From assembly GCA_002269645.1 (NCBI GenBank), contig NIVC01002501.1, positions 1 through 64,000 of the forward strand: a DNA stretch of 64,000 nucleotides. Reading direction: 5' to 3'. Position 1 is the first letter of the stretch. Every line of letters starts with the position of its first letter. Position numbers and translations under genes: made by a program. The DNA comes from Macrostomum lignano. Its lineage: Eukaryota. Under the pieces are notes generated by a model that was not told where the DNA came from, made no database searches, and worked only from the letters and a program-made list of their open reading frames with translations. This document shows, one piece after another, positions 27,251 to 48,199 of the stretch.

Positions 27251-27539
27251 AACGTGGTTGAAGTAGCGAGGTTTTCGAGTTTGGAAATCAGTAGCTAGTT
27301 AGTTTGTATGGTGTTGTTGGACTCTGGCGCAAGTCAAGACGCAGGCTGTGAGTCAGTCAGTCATGCCCATTTTGTCGAGCTCTGAGCACTCACTCCCTCA
27401 TGGACAGAAAAAGCACGAAACACTGCGGGCAAATCCCTGCTCAAATTCCGGTACATGCGGCTGCGCACGGAATCTTGCTAGTCAGATAAGTCATCGATGA
27501 GATACCCCTAAAGCTTGAAGCTTCAGGTCTTTAACTCAC

Positions 27540-35335
<7,796 letters not shown>

Positions 35336-36295
35336 CGCCGGGTTAAATTAACAAGTTTGTTGTTGCATCGCGTGTGAGCGTTCGGAATGTTGTCAGCTCA
35401 TCGACTGTTTATTGGGTTCCGTGAAGTTGAGCTTAAAATAACTCATAACTGCGTGAGCTCGTCTATGGAGAAAACTATACTTACGAGTATAGCTGTTCTA
35501 AAAATAGCTGTAGCTCGATTTTACTTAAACAAAGAGATCTCAGTTTTTATTAAAACATCTCGAACTTAGCAACTGACGGGTTCTGCATATTGAGGCAATA
35601 TCTAATAAATTGTCAGAGTTTCGTCTGTCCAGATCAACCTGCTAGCATGCATTTTAAAGGAGCTATTTTTATAAATCACGAGGGCCCGAAAAGTCATGCT
35701 TAATCTCATATAAAACATAAACATAAAGATTTTATAGGATATTATTGAAAATTACCTAATAAAATCCTAGAAAATACAAATAAAGGCCCAGACAATTTTT
35801 AAACTATATTATATATATATATTATATGCATATAAAATCTTGAAAAAATTAAAATAACTCTAGTTTAGACAATGTTTTCACTGAAAAATTTGTAAATAAT
35901 TTGAATAAAAATGAACCAATGAATTATTTTGATTGTAGAAATAGAAAACAGCCATAAAAACACAGGGCATATTTAGCAGCTGCTTAATTTTAATTTTAAC
36001 TGCTTAATTAGAGGGATTTTTGTATTACTCATTTGAAAAAATGGCAAAACAAACATGGAGCAACTATGGAAAGTGTTATTAAAACTGTTTCTGGCAAAAT
36101 AAACTTTTTAATAAAACCCAATTTACCCAGAAACTTCTTTGACTGCACTGCAAAGGCAATTATTTAAAATAAAAATAACTTGAAAACTCAAATAAACAAT
36201 TTACTCATAAAGATGCTAAATATTATATTAATTTGATAACTAGATTGTCAACCAAGAAATTAGAGGTTGATCTTGTTGATACCTGAACTGCTTTA

Positions 36296-36309
36296 TCTCT
36301 CTCTCTCTT

Positions 36310-36366
<57 letters not shown>

Positions 36367-36367
36367 A
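36296..36367. repeat. (CT)n microsatellite
   Basis: Direct reading. Confidence 0.95.
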
Positions 36368-37593
36368 TAAAACAAATATAATTTAATAAAATCAATACAC
36401 ACTAAGGCGATTATAAATACATTTTTACGAATATGTATTGCATTAACAGAAAATAGTATGTATTAGTTGGCACATTTAACTCCATGCTTATTTAGGTGGC
36501 AATGAATAAGCTATTTAATGTGAATAACTATTTAAAATAAAATATTAAATGATCCTTTCTTTGCAGATTTTAGGTATTAATGAAGCTAGTTTCTAACATA
36601 CTTGATGTCAATAAATGTTGAATGTAATGAAATCTAAACGGAGATTTATTGTGGAAATGAAAACGATTAATTTGAGTTTGAGCAGACTGTAACATAGTCT
36701 TCATAATTGCTTCAGAAGAAATTTAGTAAAATAATAAATCAAAGCTAAGGCTTTTATTTCTCTTAAGCATGAGAAGGAAGTACAGTAAAGAGCTTTGAAT
36801 AAGGGTACAGAATTTAATGGTTAAAATTAATTCGCAATTGTATTTTTGTGTTCTAGCGTGCCGTAGCTATAGAAGCAATCGTTTTAACAACTAAAGTAAA
36901 AATAATAGCTTAAAAAAGTAACTGTGAATTAGTTCAGAATTTGAATAAAGTATTTAAATTAATAAATAAGCGGAAAAAAAACATTTTTTAATGAAGACTA
37001 TCGCCTTATGAGGTGAACTGCTTCACATGCTAGATGCATGCAAACAATTTGTCATGTAATGAAATCATCTAAGAGATCTTAAGACTTAAGTAGAAGGAAA
37101 GAAACTTTGAGAAAGAGATCGAAGTATCGCAAAATTATTCTACCCCTTAATCCAATTATAATTAATTTAAGTGTGATGATGATCCATTCATTAGTTGCAA
37201 CAGAAGCTTTGATTACGATTTAGGGGCGGCGGCGTGCCCGCTCCTAAACAAAGGGCGCCTGCCGCCCCCCCTTGCGGTCCAATCCCTCTTCCCTTTTTCC
37301 ATACCGGCCTGCATGCATATACTGTACGTGCAGCTCTCTCCGGCACGGAGACCGTCCTATCTACGAACACCTATCCGCTTTACCCCACAATAGCGCCTGA
37401 TTAACATCTGTGAATGCCCTCTCCGAGCACTGCAGACTCCCTGGATCTACATCACCAATTAAGAGCAACGAGCAGCAGCCAATAGCAGCACACCCTGTCT
37501 GGTTGTCTCGCTGTCACAGTGGAATTTCCGCAGTTTACTGCGACAGCTTAAAAATCTGATCTGCCTTCGATTTTTAGAGAGCTGCCTTCGTGC

Positions 37594-37666
37594 TTCCGAG
37601 TAGCTCAATGGTAATTACGTTTCCTACTCTCGCGGCATCTCCTCTGTTCGATTCACACCCCCCCAT
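37594..37666 (+). mobile_element. tRNA-derived SINE head or tRNA pseudogene
   Basis: A-box TAGCTCAATGG (37601) and B-box GTTCGATTC (37646) lie 45 nt apart, as in tRNA; the acceptor stem does not pair. Confidence 0.55.
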
Positions 37667-37986
37667 GAGGCCAAGCCCCCAAAGGCATACATGTAGTGAG
37701 TTTATGTACTTGCTTGACGGATAGAAAGTTAGGGCCGCTGTACGCTGTGCAGAATTGCGTCACCGATGGCTGTAAGACGATTTCGCGTTGCGGTGGGATG
37801 CCCGCAGCCCTTAGTCAGTAAGGCCTTTTTAACTACTCGAATAGTAGCAGTGGTAGTGACTGAAAGAACTATAAAGAAACTACTAATTGTTTTTTAATGA
37901 TGGTGGGTACATCCTTTTTAAAAAATAATCTATCTGGCAAAAAATATTTCTTCACTCCAGTTATTTTTAACAGCTCATCGTCCAGC

Positions 37987-38095
37987 GCTAAGGCGTTGGG
38001 GCCAGGATGGTGATGCATGGGAGGCACAGCCGGCCATGCAGGCTCCTTGGGCGGCATTGCAGGCCAGGATGGCGGGAGGAACGACTGCTGGGCCA
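37987..38095 (-). pseudogene. 5'-truncated, frameshifted copy of the Cys-rich peptide gene
   Basis: Reads AVVPPAILACNAAQGACMAGCAS, then a small insertion shifts ITILAPTP*. The 3' flank matches that of the 57214-57671 copy. Confidence 0.85.
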
Positions 38096-38692
38096 ATGGA
38101 GATCCTGGAAACTCTACTTCGCACTTGGAAAAAACGTTTAAAATAATGACAAGACCAATTTAACATGAAAAATCGATTAATGCGTCGTTTGAGCAGCATG
38201 TGAGGCACAAAATAGTGTGATCGTGAAATTTCCTATCTCCGTAGTGTATTTTCCGGTGAAACCTGCCTTTAAAACTATTTCTGAACGAAAAGCTTCATGA
38301 ATATCGATAGAGCAATAAGAAAGGCACAACATTAAAAGATGAACACTGGATCTGTCTCCTATCAAAAGCAAAAACAATTTTTGTGCTGAAAAAATTAAAA
38401 CCTCCTATCTCTGTAGTGTATTTTTCAGCGAAAAGTTTCCTTCAAAACATTTACCACAGATTTCGAGTGTAGCGTCCTACATGTATATATATGTTACTTG
38501 AGTAGTCCTTGTGTGTCGAAGGGATATAAAAATATTGATCTTGAAACGGACAGAAACTTTCAGAAAAAGCAATGGCTTTCGAAGAAAACGAGAAACAGAC
38601 GCCAGGTGCAGAGGAACCATTTGAATTAATGACCGCAGACAGATGACCTCCGACAGAGTTCATCCGGCATGCATCAAATCCAGTGCCGCCAA

Positions 38693-39056
38693 TTAAACTG
38701 GACCTGCAATGGTGACGGAGGCGCAGGCGGCCATGCAGACTCCTTGGGCGGCGTTGCAGGCCAGGATGGCGGCGGGCACGGCCGTGCCGCCCGTGGAGAC
38801 CCCGGCAACGCCTCCGGCGGCGGCCACGCAGGCGACCCAGACGGTGTTGCAGCCGGTCTGGCAGATCCCGTAGCCGAACAAGGCGCCAAAGAGCCCCGCC
38901 TCGGCCTGCAGCAGCGGCCCGCAGGTCAGCAGCAGCGACACGGTCAGCACAGCAGCGGTGGCAAAGCTGGTGGCTGAATTAACAGTGAAAATGGTTATAG
39001 TTATCGGCAGGGCGTTAATGCGTGTACTTTAAACTGTATTAACTGTACTCACCCAT
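38693..39056 (-). CDS. Small secreted Cys-rich hydrophobic peptide, copy A (94 aa); exons 39056-39053 and 38973-38693
   Basis: ATG-G|GTGAGT micro-exon, 79-nt intron, signal peptide ending AEA. Mature region GLFGALFGYGICQTGCNTVWVAC..ACNAAQGVCMAAC has 6 Cys. TATAAATA lies ~100 nt upstream. Confidence 0.88.
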
Positions 39057-39344
39057 AGCGTATGAATTAAGAATTCTGCTGGGATTAGAATTGGCTTGGA
39101 AATCTAGAGAAGGCTTTGTCGTGTGGGAAGAGTTGAAAAGAGAGACGCGTATTTATAAAATTGCTGCTGACCTCTATACTAGCTCCTAGCTTTTAAATGT
39201 ATAGGTTTTTTTTACCAGCTACCACCAATCACTGTGAGCTGTGGCTCAAGACACACTGTATAGAATATTATCTAATCGTTGTCTGGAAAAAATAAAGCAA
39301 AGTGTCCAAGACTCTCTGATTTAAATTTTCAAATAGCCAAATCG

Positions 39345-39470
39345 AAAACTAAAATGAAAACGAAGAACCTAAAATGGAAAACGAAAAACGAAAATGAAAA
39401 ACGAAAAACGAAAATGAAAAACGAAAAACGAAAATGAAAAACGAAAAACGAAAATGAAATACGAAAAACT
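39345..39470. repeat. A-rich short tandem repeat (gaaaatgaaaaacgaaaaac)
   Basis: Direct reading. Confidence 0.85.
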
Positions 39471-39623
39471 GAAACAGGGAAAACCTGGGCCCGTGCACCT
39501 GATTGTACCTGATTGTGAGTAAATAGCCAGTTGTTTTTAAGAGAAACTTCGATTCACAGTCCACCCGGTAGCTTTTTCTATTCGTGCGCGTACTACGCAC
39601 TCAGCAACTGACAATGTGCCGTA

Positions 39624-40370
39624 TAGGGATTGCAATCCCGGGACAAATTTTTGTTATGATTACAAAAAGTGTTATAATATGAACATAATTGAGCCCAGAA
39701 CTAATTTATTATACTGCGCTAGTTTCCGTTAGATGCCTCGCTTCGCGTGGCGTCTTTTTAAAGCCGCTGCTGTTACCCGAGTGGAAACTAAGTCTGACAG
39801 GATTTTCGTTTTCGTTTTTCAAATTGCTCAATGGATAGACTTGGCAACTGGTATTGGTTGGAAGTTGATAAGCTTCCGCTTGGTTGGTTGGCACCTCGTA
39901 GTTGCTAGTATTTGTTGCTGTGTGAGAGTGAGAGTGGATAGTCTCAATAGATCGAGACAATTTAGAGCTTCAGAAACTTTAATTAATAATTTTCTTTTTA
40001 CACTTTTCTACTCTATACTATCTAAATTCGACAGATAAACATAACAGTACACGATAAATGCATGTATATCGCATTTGTAATTTGTGGCATCACATATTTA
40101 AATGTAAAATTTATTGCAATATAACTTTTTAAATTTGATATTTTGCTTCTTAACTACTAGTATAGTTGTACTTTTGTACTACTTAAATACGTCGCAAGAT
40201 AATGCTGTTTGTCATATACAAATAGATCATTAACTCTATAACAACCAAAAATACGAGCTAGAAGCAAAAAAGTTTAGCGCATATTTAGCCTTAAAATTTC
40301 AACCCTGAAGCTTAAAAATAGGAACTTTTCTGATCCCGGAATCGAAAAAACCAGGATTTTGCAGTCCCTA
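39624..40370. mobile_element. hAT-like MITE
   Basis: TAGGGATTGCAATCCCGG...GGATTTTGCAGTCCCTA with flanks GTGCCGTA/GTGCCGTC (7/8 match, 8-bp TSD). Confidence 0.8.
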
Positions 40371-40389
40371 GTGCCGTCCAATGTGCTTT

Positions 40390-41050
40390 AATTTTTTTCC
40401 GAGTCTGATCAATGGCCGGCGAGACCGCCACCAGAGCTGCAGCCGTTTAGGTCACACGCGGAACAGCTGAGCGCGGAAGACGCGGGGGCTGTTTCTTCTG
40501 GTGGCGAGGACTGGATGCAGAAATCAAGCAGCTCCTCATTGCCAGCCCCGACTGCTAGGAGCTGCAGAAGTCGCCAGCACCCGTCGCACTGCATCCCTAG
40601 GCTTGGCCAGACAGGCCATTGGTCCCGCCTATACTCACTGTGGATGCGCACTCAAAGTGTATGGATGTCCACGCAATAACTATGACTTCTTAAGCCGCAA
40701 CCATCCAGAGGCTGCGACAAAGTTTTTCTACACATGGGCAGCATCGTATCGAACAACGAACCGAACTTCATGAGGAAGAAGATGGAGACCTTTCTGTCAA
40801 AAAACGGGATTCGGCACGTAAGGACGGCGCCCTACCACTGGCGTCCAACGCTCAGGCGAGAGGGCGGTCCAGACGCTCAAAAGGTTGCTAGCTAAGCAGA
40901 AGAGTGAATCCTTGGACGAGCGAGTAGCCCGATTTTTGCTCACCTACGCCGCGTGACGCCCCATGCCACGACCTAAGTTCCTCCTGAGGCTGCACTCGCT
41001 GCTGGATCGCGTTAGACCGGACCTGCCAGCCAGGGTGCAGCAGCAGCCAG
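40390..41050 (+). mobile_element. Degenerate Gypsy-type pol (integrase) relic
   Basis: Broken frames read FWWRGLDAEIKQL..PDC*ELQKSPAPVALHP*AWPDRP and IVSNNEPNF..FLSKNGIRHVRTAPYH-ASNAQA..VQTLK..ARFLLTY..TPHATT, matching integrase motifs with stops and indels. Confidence 0.8.
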
Positions 41051-41454
41051 CTCTGCAGAACCAACGGCATAACGTCCATGCTCATGACTGTCACATCGAT
41101 GTCGGTGACTTCAGGTGACTTCATGCTGGCGAAAGACTGCCAATGGAAGCCGGTGGAAGCCAGCGACAGTGATGGCTTAAACTGTCTCGACGTTCTGCGA
41201 GCGTTGCTTTGAAGATGATCAGGTAGGCAAGCCGGCGGAGTGACTGGTTTGACAATGTTCTATTGACAATTAGAGTTTCCTTCCGTGGTCGTGATCTTAC
41301 AGTAAGAATTGTCTTGTTTAAGTGGGGCTATAGGGGGGGGGGGGGGTTCGGGACAATTTTGGAAGGTCGCGATGCGTCACCTCGCTGTTCATTGTCTCTT
41401 TCCAGTTCCTCCTCCATGCGTAGTGCCCTCCATTCTCTCTTCACGGGTCTGGGC

Positions 41455-42632
41455 TGTGATAAATACAATATAAATATATTGCATGCACGATAAGCAATTA
41501 ATTAGGCCCTAGACAAACCTATTTTTGGAGCGTTCAGAGATTTTAAAGCTATTGGCCTTAATTGCCTATCGCCGGTCGGCGAGTCCTACCAATCTTTCTC
41601 CAATAGTCACAGTACGGTACAAGAAAAGAAGGAACACAGGTGAACACGAACCGAAAGATTTAGAGAGTGATAATCCTATGTGATACAAACTGATAATTGG
41701 CTAGACGATTTAATTTGATTACTTCAAGTTACAAGATTTAAATTCAAGCGGCGCAGATAACTAGAGTTGACAAAATGACGATAACGGTTAATAATAATAA
41801 TTAGATTACGCAACTGGCAAGCAGATCTCAGCTGAGAAGAAGAGGAAGAACCGAACACGACCACGGAGAAGACTCCTAACCCCTGGCCTAAGCCAGAACC
41901 TACACTCAAACGAGAGCCCTGCCGAACCGACCGTTCAACGGAGTACCGACTAAATTCTATCGGCACTGCCCTTCAGTGTGACACTGAGGCCCTCGGGGTC
42001 GAGGCCGCGTACTTGATCAGATCCGACAGTCTCTATCTAACCGCGCTTGATAGCGACGACTTCAGACAGGAATTTGCCGTAGACGTTACGCCACAAGACT
42101 GAAGCGGTTGGGCGGGGAACAAAGTATGGACCGGGGTGACGAAATCAAAACGCCTCAAAGCGCGAACCAAAGGGAAACAGGCCACCGGCCGGGAACAAAC
42201 CAAAACAGGGGACGGAGCAGGAAAGAGAAGGGAAAAAAGTGAGATCCGATTGCCAAACACACATTCATATATAGTCAGAGTCACAACCCCTCAAAACCCC
42301 CTCAAGCCGGGTGGTGGTCGTCTGGCCGGCCGCTTGCTTAAGCCGAATTGCACTGTGCCCGCGGCGCCGGGTAGAATTGAAACTTGCCGCGTGCCAGGGT
42401 CCAGGCCGGTTCTGATTGGCTGGCCGCGCAAAGCGAGGGTTCGCAGACAAAAACTCAACCCTCCGCTGAGTCACAAATGGCGTCTAACTCTAACCTGTTT
42501 ACGCAAAATTGATTCTAACTAACAAGGAAAAAGTACACCAAAAACGTATGACTAAACTAGAGCAAAATAATAATTCAATAACAATAATGCAAAACCTAAC
42601 TAATAGAATACGCAAAAGATGCTCACACTACA
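41455..42632 (-). mobile_element. Solo LTR, family 2 copy 1 (1178 bp)
   Basis: TG..CA termini (tgtgat..actaca) with a 4-bp TSD GGGC; high similarity to 52091-53246. Strand inferred from minus-strand CCAAT/TATA order. Confidence 0.88.
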
Positions 42633-43074
42633 GGGCGTACGGAGTTGAGTGTGACTAATTGCGAGCTTGAATATATTAGAACCAACTGACTCTCTTCGTA
42701 GCCTGACGGTCTTGTTTCATCACGACAGTGGACACTTTCTAAAAAATTACAGATTGACTGTTTCAAAAGAGATCAGTGGAAAGTTTTACTGCCGACTGAT
42801 AACAAAACATGTGTTTTTTGCTAACAAAGCGACTGCCCGTCAAGCACGTCGACTGATTTTGAACTTATTAATTAGTGAAAAAAAGTTTTTTCTGCAAAGT
42901 TGGACACGATAAAACACAGGACAGATTAAGAAAAAGAGGGAAGAGCCTAATAAAAGTCACACCACGCTTAAAGAAACCAATGAGTTATTGCTGTGTGATT
43001 GGTCTTAATCACAGAGCAAACAGACAGGTTTAAGGAAGTTAATTTTTCCAGAGACGGTGTTTAACACAGAAATA

Positions 43075-43392
43075 ACAGTGGTTAACAATTAAAAAGTTCT
43101 GTTACTGAGACGGAGCGCTTAATCAGAGTTAAAAATGGTTAACAATCAGAGTTCTGTACTGAGACAGAGCACTTAATCAGAGTTAAAATGGTTAACAATC
43201 AGAGTTCTGTACTGAGACAGAGCGCTTAATCAGAGTTAAAAATGGTTAACAATCAGAGTTCTGTACTGAGACAGAGCGCTTAATCAGAGTTAAAATGGTT
43301 AACAATCAGAGTTCTGTACTGAGACAGAGCGCTTAATCAGAGTTAAAATGGTTAACAATCAGAGTTCTGTACTGAGACAGAGCGCTTAACCA
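43075..43392. repeat. 53-bp minisatellite
   Basis: gagacagagcgcttaatcagagttaaaatggttaacaatcagagttctgtact, about 6 copies. Confidence 0.95.
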
Positions 43393-43531
43393 CAGAATGA
43401 AATCAGGATTGAATGAGTCAAAAGGGGTTCGCTTCGAGTTCCGCTAATCACAGAGTTAAACTGACAATTCTGTTTTTTAGGGTCCTTGCGGTGACTCGTC
43501 TCGTCTCCTCAACTCTCATTTATCCGATCGC

Positions 43532-44359
43532 TCAGACGCGAAGGAAGAATTCACCAGGCACGTCCTCCAGCTCGTGCGGCAGAGCGGGCAGTCTCAGCAG
43601 GTGGCAGGTGTCCAGGTGGAACAGCACGGCCTGGCAGTCGGTCCCGCAGCGAACCATGCAGTCGGTCAGGCACCTCCTCACGGGCTGCACGGTGCGGTAG
43701 AAAGGCGCGCTGGAGGAGGTCACGTTCAGGTAGACTCGATCAGCCCAGGTGAAGCGTCCGCTGGCTGAAAGTGTAATCCATCATTAGTCATGATCGCGGG
43801 TTATAATCATCTCCTTGGTAACTGGCACATACCCCATGGTCACAATGCGAGCTGGGACGTTTATGCAGGACAGGTTAAGAGCTAGGGGCTAGCCCTGACC
43901 GATGTGAATATGCCGTAGGTTGGAGAGCGTCAGCATCGCTGTTTCCGTTGCAACTCACCTGCATGGACGAAGGTAGACCTGCCGGTACACTGAGTTTCTG
44001 TAAAATCCTCCGCAAATTTGAGCGGGGTTTCCAGCACAGTTCATGTTGCAGTCGCTGTCAGCTGCCTGGCCTAAGCCGCCGTACGAGTTCCCACAGACAC
44101 ATGAACGTGAGTACTGAGTAGCAAAGTACTTGAAGTTTCCATAGGCGCAGATTCGGCTGCACAGTTCCAGGGTCATATTGCTGAGGTCGACACTCAGCGT
44201 GTTCACCGAGTAGGGCCCGATGGTGGACCTGCCTACAAGGCCGGTTATGTCTCGAGTTGGGCTGTCCACGAAGCAGCCCAACGGACTGAATTCGACGCCA
44301 AGGGAGCAGCGGAAGGCGACGCAGCAGCAGAAAAGCGGCAGAATTAATGAGGCCTGCAT
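43532..44359 (-). CDS. Secreted WSC-domain protein with a C-terminal PAN/apple-like module (209 aa); exons 44359-43959 and 43760-43532
   Basis: Signal peptide; WSC signature LGCFVD..MTLELCSRIC..YFATQYSRSCVCGN..DCNMNCAGNPAQICGG..RNSVY; exon 2 CLTDCMVRCGTDCQAVLFHLDTCHL. In frame (630 nt) if the second AG of tttcagccag is the acceptor. Confidence 0.85.
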
Positions 44360-46045
44360 GGTAAGCGGCTCTACAGAGTTCTGTCTACGGGGCAAAAGGC
44401 TTGCGCGTCTATTGCTGCTATACTGGCTGCTTTATGCATTTTGCCCGATCGCATTGGGGTGGCGGGGTGGACGCAGCGGTAATGACCCGCAAATTCAGGT
44501 GAGTGAGAATTCCAGTGGCAGTTGCGCTTTTTTAATCAAACATTTCTATTTTCCTTCTCCAGTTGGAGAGGCTCGCTACCCCCCATCCCCCTGGTCATCC
44601 TACGAAAAACATATGGCTACGCCACTGAGAAGGGGGATGGATAGGATGCAACATAGATTTCCCAAACGTTTTGCTTTGAAGGGAGGAAAAAATAATTTAA
44701 AATATGCAACTCATTCCCCTTCTTTAGCGCTGTGGAGGCTGCCCCTGCTGAGGAGTGACCGCGCGTCCAGCATTAGTTTCTGTCTGTCTCCCGTCCCTAG
44801 GAAGATAACAAGGCAGAGAGAGGGAGAGAGAAAGAGAACCAAAGCAGCATTTTGCGAACTCTTCACAAAGCGGCATAGCAGTACCACCAAAGCTATGTTG
44901 TACGACCGTAAAGTTATTGTGCAGAGTTAGAGTTGTCCTCACAGAATGCTGCAGCTTAACAATGTTTTCATGTCCTGAAAGGCTCTTTCACACAAAGTTT
45001 CAGTTAGCTATCGAGCAATCTTTGACGATCCCATCAATTTGTCACACAATTAAGTGATTCTCTACGAGTGATCAAAAGCGTTCGCACTGCAATTAGTTGA
45101 TTTGAATCCAATTGCGAGAATACAGTATAAGTAGGGGGGGGGGTGGGTGGAGGTGTAGTGACGCTAAATTCGAATAGGCTGCAGATAGGTGCCAGATTTA
45201 ACATCCGCTCGAAGTGAAGTGAACATCAATAAAATTTAAGAGTCAAGACAGGACAGGACGTCAGACATCAGGAGTGCATTTGACATGTAGGAACAACTTC
45301 TTTATTTGCTGCTTCAAACCCATAGAAGGTACAAAAGGAACAAAAGCAGCATTGACAGGATGGGGGATCCGCGCAATAGCAACCCCCATAAGAACAATAG
45401 CAACAGCTGTTTCAGAAGGTTTGCAACAGATAGTTCAACGATGTCCTTGAGTTTCGTGTGTTCGGGTTTGGTCGATTCTAGCATGAAAGTAAGAAAACTT
45501 ATCAAATATGGGTGAACTTGGCACTTCTACTGCTGGTAAATATAGCTGGTAATCCTCGGTGTCCTCAGTGTCAAAAAGCCCAAAATCTTGACAAATATTA
45601 AATGTGCTCACTCGAAAATGAAAACGAAAAGTCGTGAGTAAAGCCTTCGAAGAAGTATACGTAACAGCGAACTTCCAATTCCTTAAACTTCACATTCCAC
45701 CCATTTCATCACATTCCCTAATGGATGAACGGAGCCTTGGCGTTCTGTCTCAATTTTGGCATTTGCATAATGAAGATAGACGGCTGGCAGGGTGTGTTCA
45801 GGGAATTAAAACACCCGGCCAGCTGCCGTAAACCACAGACGTGAAATTGGGTCAATTAAGATGACAAGAGATCCCTGTTAATTAGCTAAAAATCAACTCC
45901 AAGCATTTATCTTAGCTGCGTTAAGAAGCCAGAGCCAGGGAGGTTCTTCTTGGCAACGTATCCGAACTCTTAGGTTCCCATTCGGGAGTACTAGGTATGT
46001 CAACCCCGGGTAGTGCTCCCCTGGGAATTGGACCGGGGATCCCGG

Positions 46046-46902
46046 TGTTAGAGTTTAGGATCTCCGTGTTTTAGGGTCTCCGGCCCGGAGATCACAAACT
46101 GAAAATTGTGTCATTTTAAGATCGCCCACACGGAGATCGGAAGTCTTGTGACAGGTGCGAGCTGGTCACACCGTGGGAGCAGCTGGGGTTCAGGATCTGA
46201 AGCGAGGGGACAGAGTTAGGCTTCGCAATCTTCGCAGGGACGATCAGAAGGGTGGTAAGATGCGATACACTTGGAGTCAGCAAGTCTACATCGTGACCAG
46301 GTGTCTTGGTCAAAACGTGTACAGGCTAGGAGGACTAACCAGGTGTGTCAATGGGAAACACCTCAAGAGATGCTTCCTCCAAGCACCGGCTGAAAGTGCA
46401 TCACCGGTTTTTCACTAAGTGGACATTTACTTCATTACTTTAACAGTAAACAGTTTTCCATTTAAATACACAGTTGTGCGAGCATATACATATAAAACTA
46501 ATGCTACGTTGATGATAAAAATGCCTTTCCACTTCTTATACATGTACGCGTTCAATACCATGACCATTGGTTTTACACAAATGGGGGGGGGGAGATCGGA
46601 AACCGGAGATCCTAAACCAGGACTTTGTTTTTGCGGCCCTGACGGAGAGCTGAAACTGGTTTAGAGTCTCCTGGGGGGAGATCAGAAACTGGTTTAAGAT
46701 CTCCGGGTGCGGAGACCTGAAAATGCCCCGGAGACCCTTAAACGGTTTCAGATCTCCTACCACGGAGACCCATAACCGTTAGAAGTCTCCAGGGGAGATC
46801 CTAAACGGTTTAGGGTCTCCGGGCGGAGATCCTAAACCGTTTAGGGTCTCCGCCCCGGACACCCTAAACTGACCGGACCCCCGGAGATTCTAAACCATAA
46901 CA
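46046..46902 (+). mobile_element. Non-autonomous Ginger-like DNA transposon retaining an integrase C-terminal fragment
   Basis: Termini TGTTA..TAACA with TIR (tgttagagtttaggatctcc vs ggagattctaaaccataaca) and perfect CCGG TSD; subterminal ggagatcctaaac repeats. Internal frame GDRVRLRNLRRDDQKGGKMRYTWSQQVYIV..GQNVYRL..VNGKHLKR resembles the GPY/F region of Gypsy-like integrases. Confidence 0.8.
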
Positions 46903-47294
46903 CCGGGGAGAAAAAAATATTTAAAAAATGGATTTGTAACCTAATTTTTGCCATTTAAATAAGAAAAAGATTCACAGAAAGCAGATTGAAACTCAGCTTA
47001 TGCGAATCAAAGTATGCATTTTCCGCGTCCGGACTCTTTCTGACAAAGGTGCGCGCGCGCAATTTGGTGATGCCACGCTGCAATGCTGTGCCGCTTTTCA
47101 AGAATCGGCAGAAGCAGTTGCGTAGCACATACAGTAGCAATACCCAGCAGCAGATAGCAGCAGACATCAGTGGACAGTGCCATATGGCATCAGAAGGCAG
47201 CTGAAGGCAGCAGGCAGAAGACAGAGCAAAAAAAGCAGCAGACAACTATTGAAGCCGGAATAGAATAGATGGCACCAGGAAGCAGCTAAGCAGC

Positions 47295-47520
47295 TGACAG
47301 TAGCAGACAGCATCAGGCTGCAGCACACAGCAGCAATCTGTAGCAGACAGCATCAGGCTGCAGCACACAGCAGCAATCTGTAGCAGACAGCATCAGGCTG
47401 CAGCACACAGCAGCAATCTGTAGCAGACAGCATCAGGCTGCAGCACACAGCAGCAATCTGTAGCAGACAGCATCAGGCTGCAGCACACAGCAGCAATCTG
47501 TAGCAGACAGCATCAGACTG
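47295..47520. repeat. 40-bp minisatellite
   Basis: tagcagacagcatcaggctgcagcacacagcagcaatctg starts at 47301, 47341, 47381, 47421, 47461 and 47501. Confidence 0.96.
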
Positions 47521-48199
47521 TAACAACCGAAAAAGGCCGTTTTAGAGGTTTTTGGTATTTTTCGAATACAAAAGTGGCATCGAATTTCCGTTTTGTTATT
47601 TCATAATAAAATTCCATCTTTTCAACGCATTTTGACACCTGGCGCAAATCAGGGGACCAAAAATGCTAAACTTTTACAGCAATTTTTTATCAAAACTCGT
47701 CGTCCAAAATTGTTTCCCGAACCTCACTATCAACTTCCTTCGGTCGTAGCTCGTAACTATTGGTTACTTACTATAATGGACTAAACTGGCACTGGCAGAG
47801 ACATTTGAGAGAAACTAATCGCTCCATTGTATTTGGCTCCAGCGTTACAATATTGGGGTCCAACCAGCTAAGTTATCAAAAGAAGCTAGATACCAATCAC
47901 CAGTTTCACCATTATTATTTTTTAGACGCAGGGGGGCTGTGTGCACCCTGGCGCACTTTAAGCGACATAGGCACACAACCGGCGAGAGGCATTACTGCCC
48001 ATTCCGCCGACTCCCCTGAGCAGGCATACAAGCGCGCGGATACGTACGCAGGCACACACTCACACAGGAGTGTACAGCGGCCCTAACTTTATTTTATCGT
48101 TAGGCATGTACACTTTACTGCGCTTTGGGGGGTTGGCTCTCAAGGCCGTTAATTGCACGAGCAGAGCCAAGCCGAGATTCCAATTCAGCCCCAAATTAA

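Noticed and set aside
37594-37666. Functional tRNA gene
   Set aside because: A and B boxes are present but the acceptor and anticodon stems do not pair.
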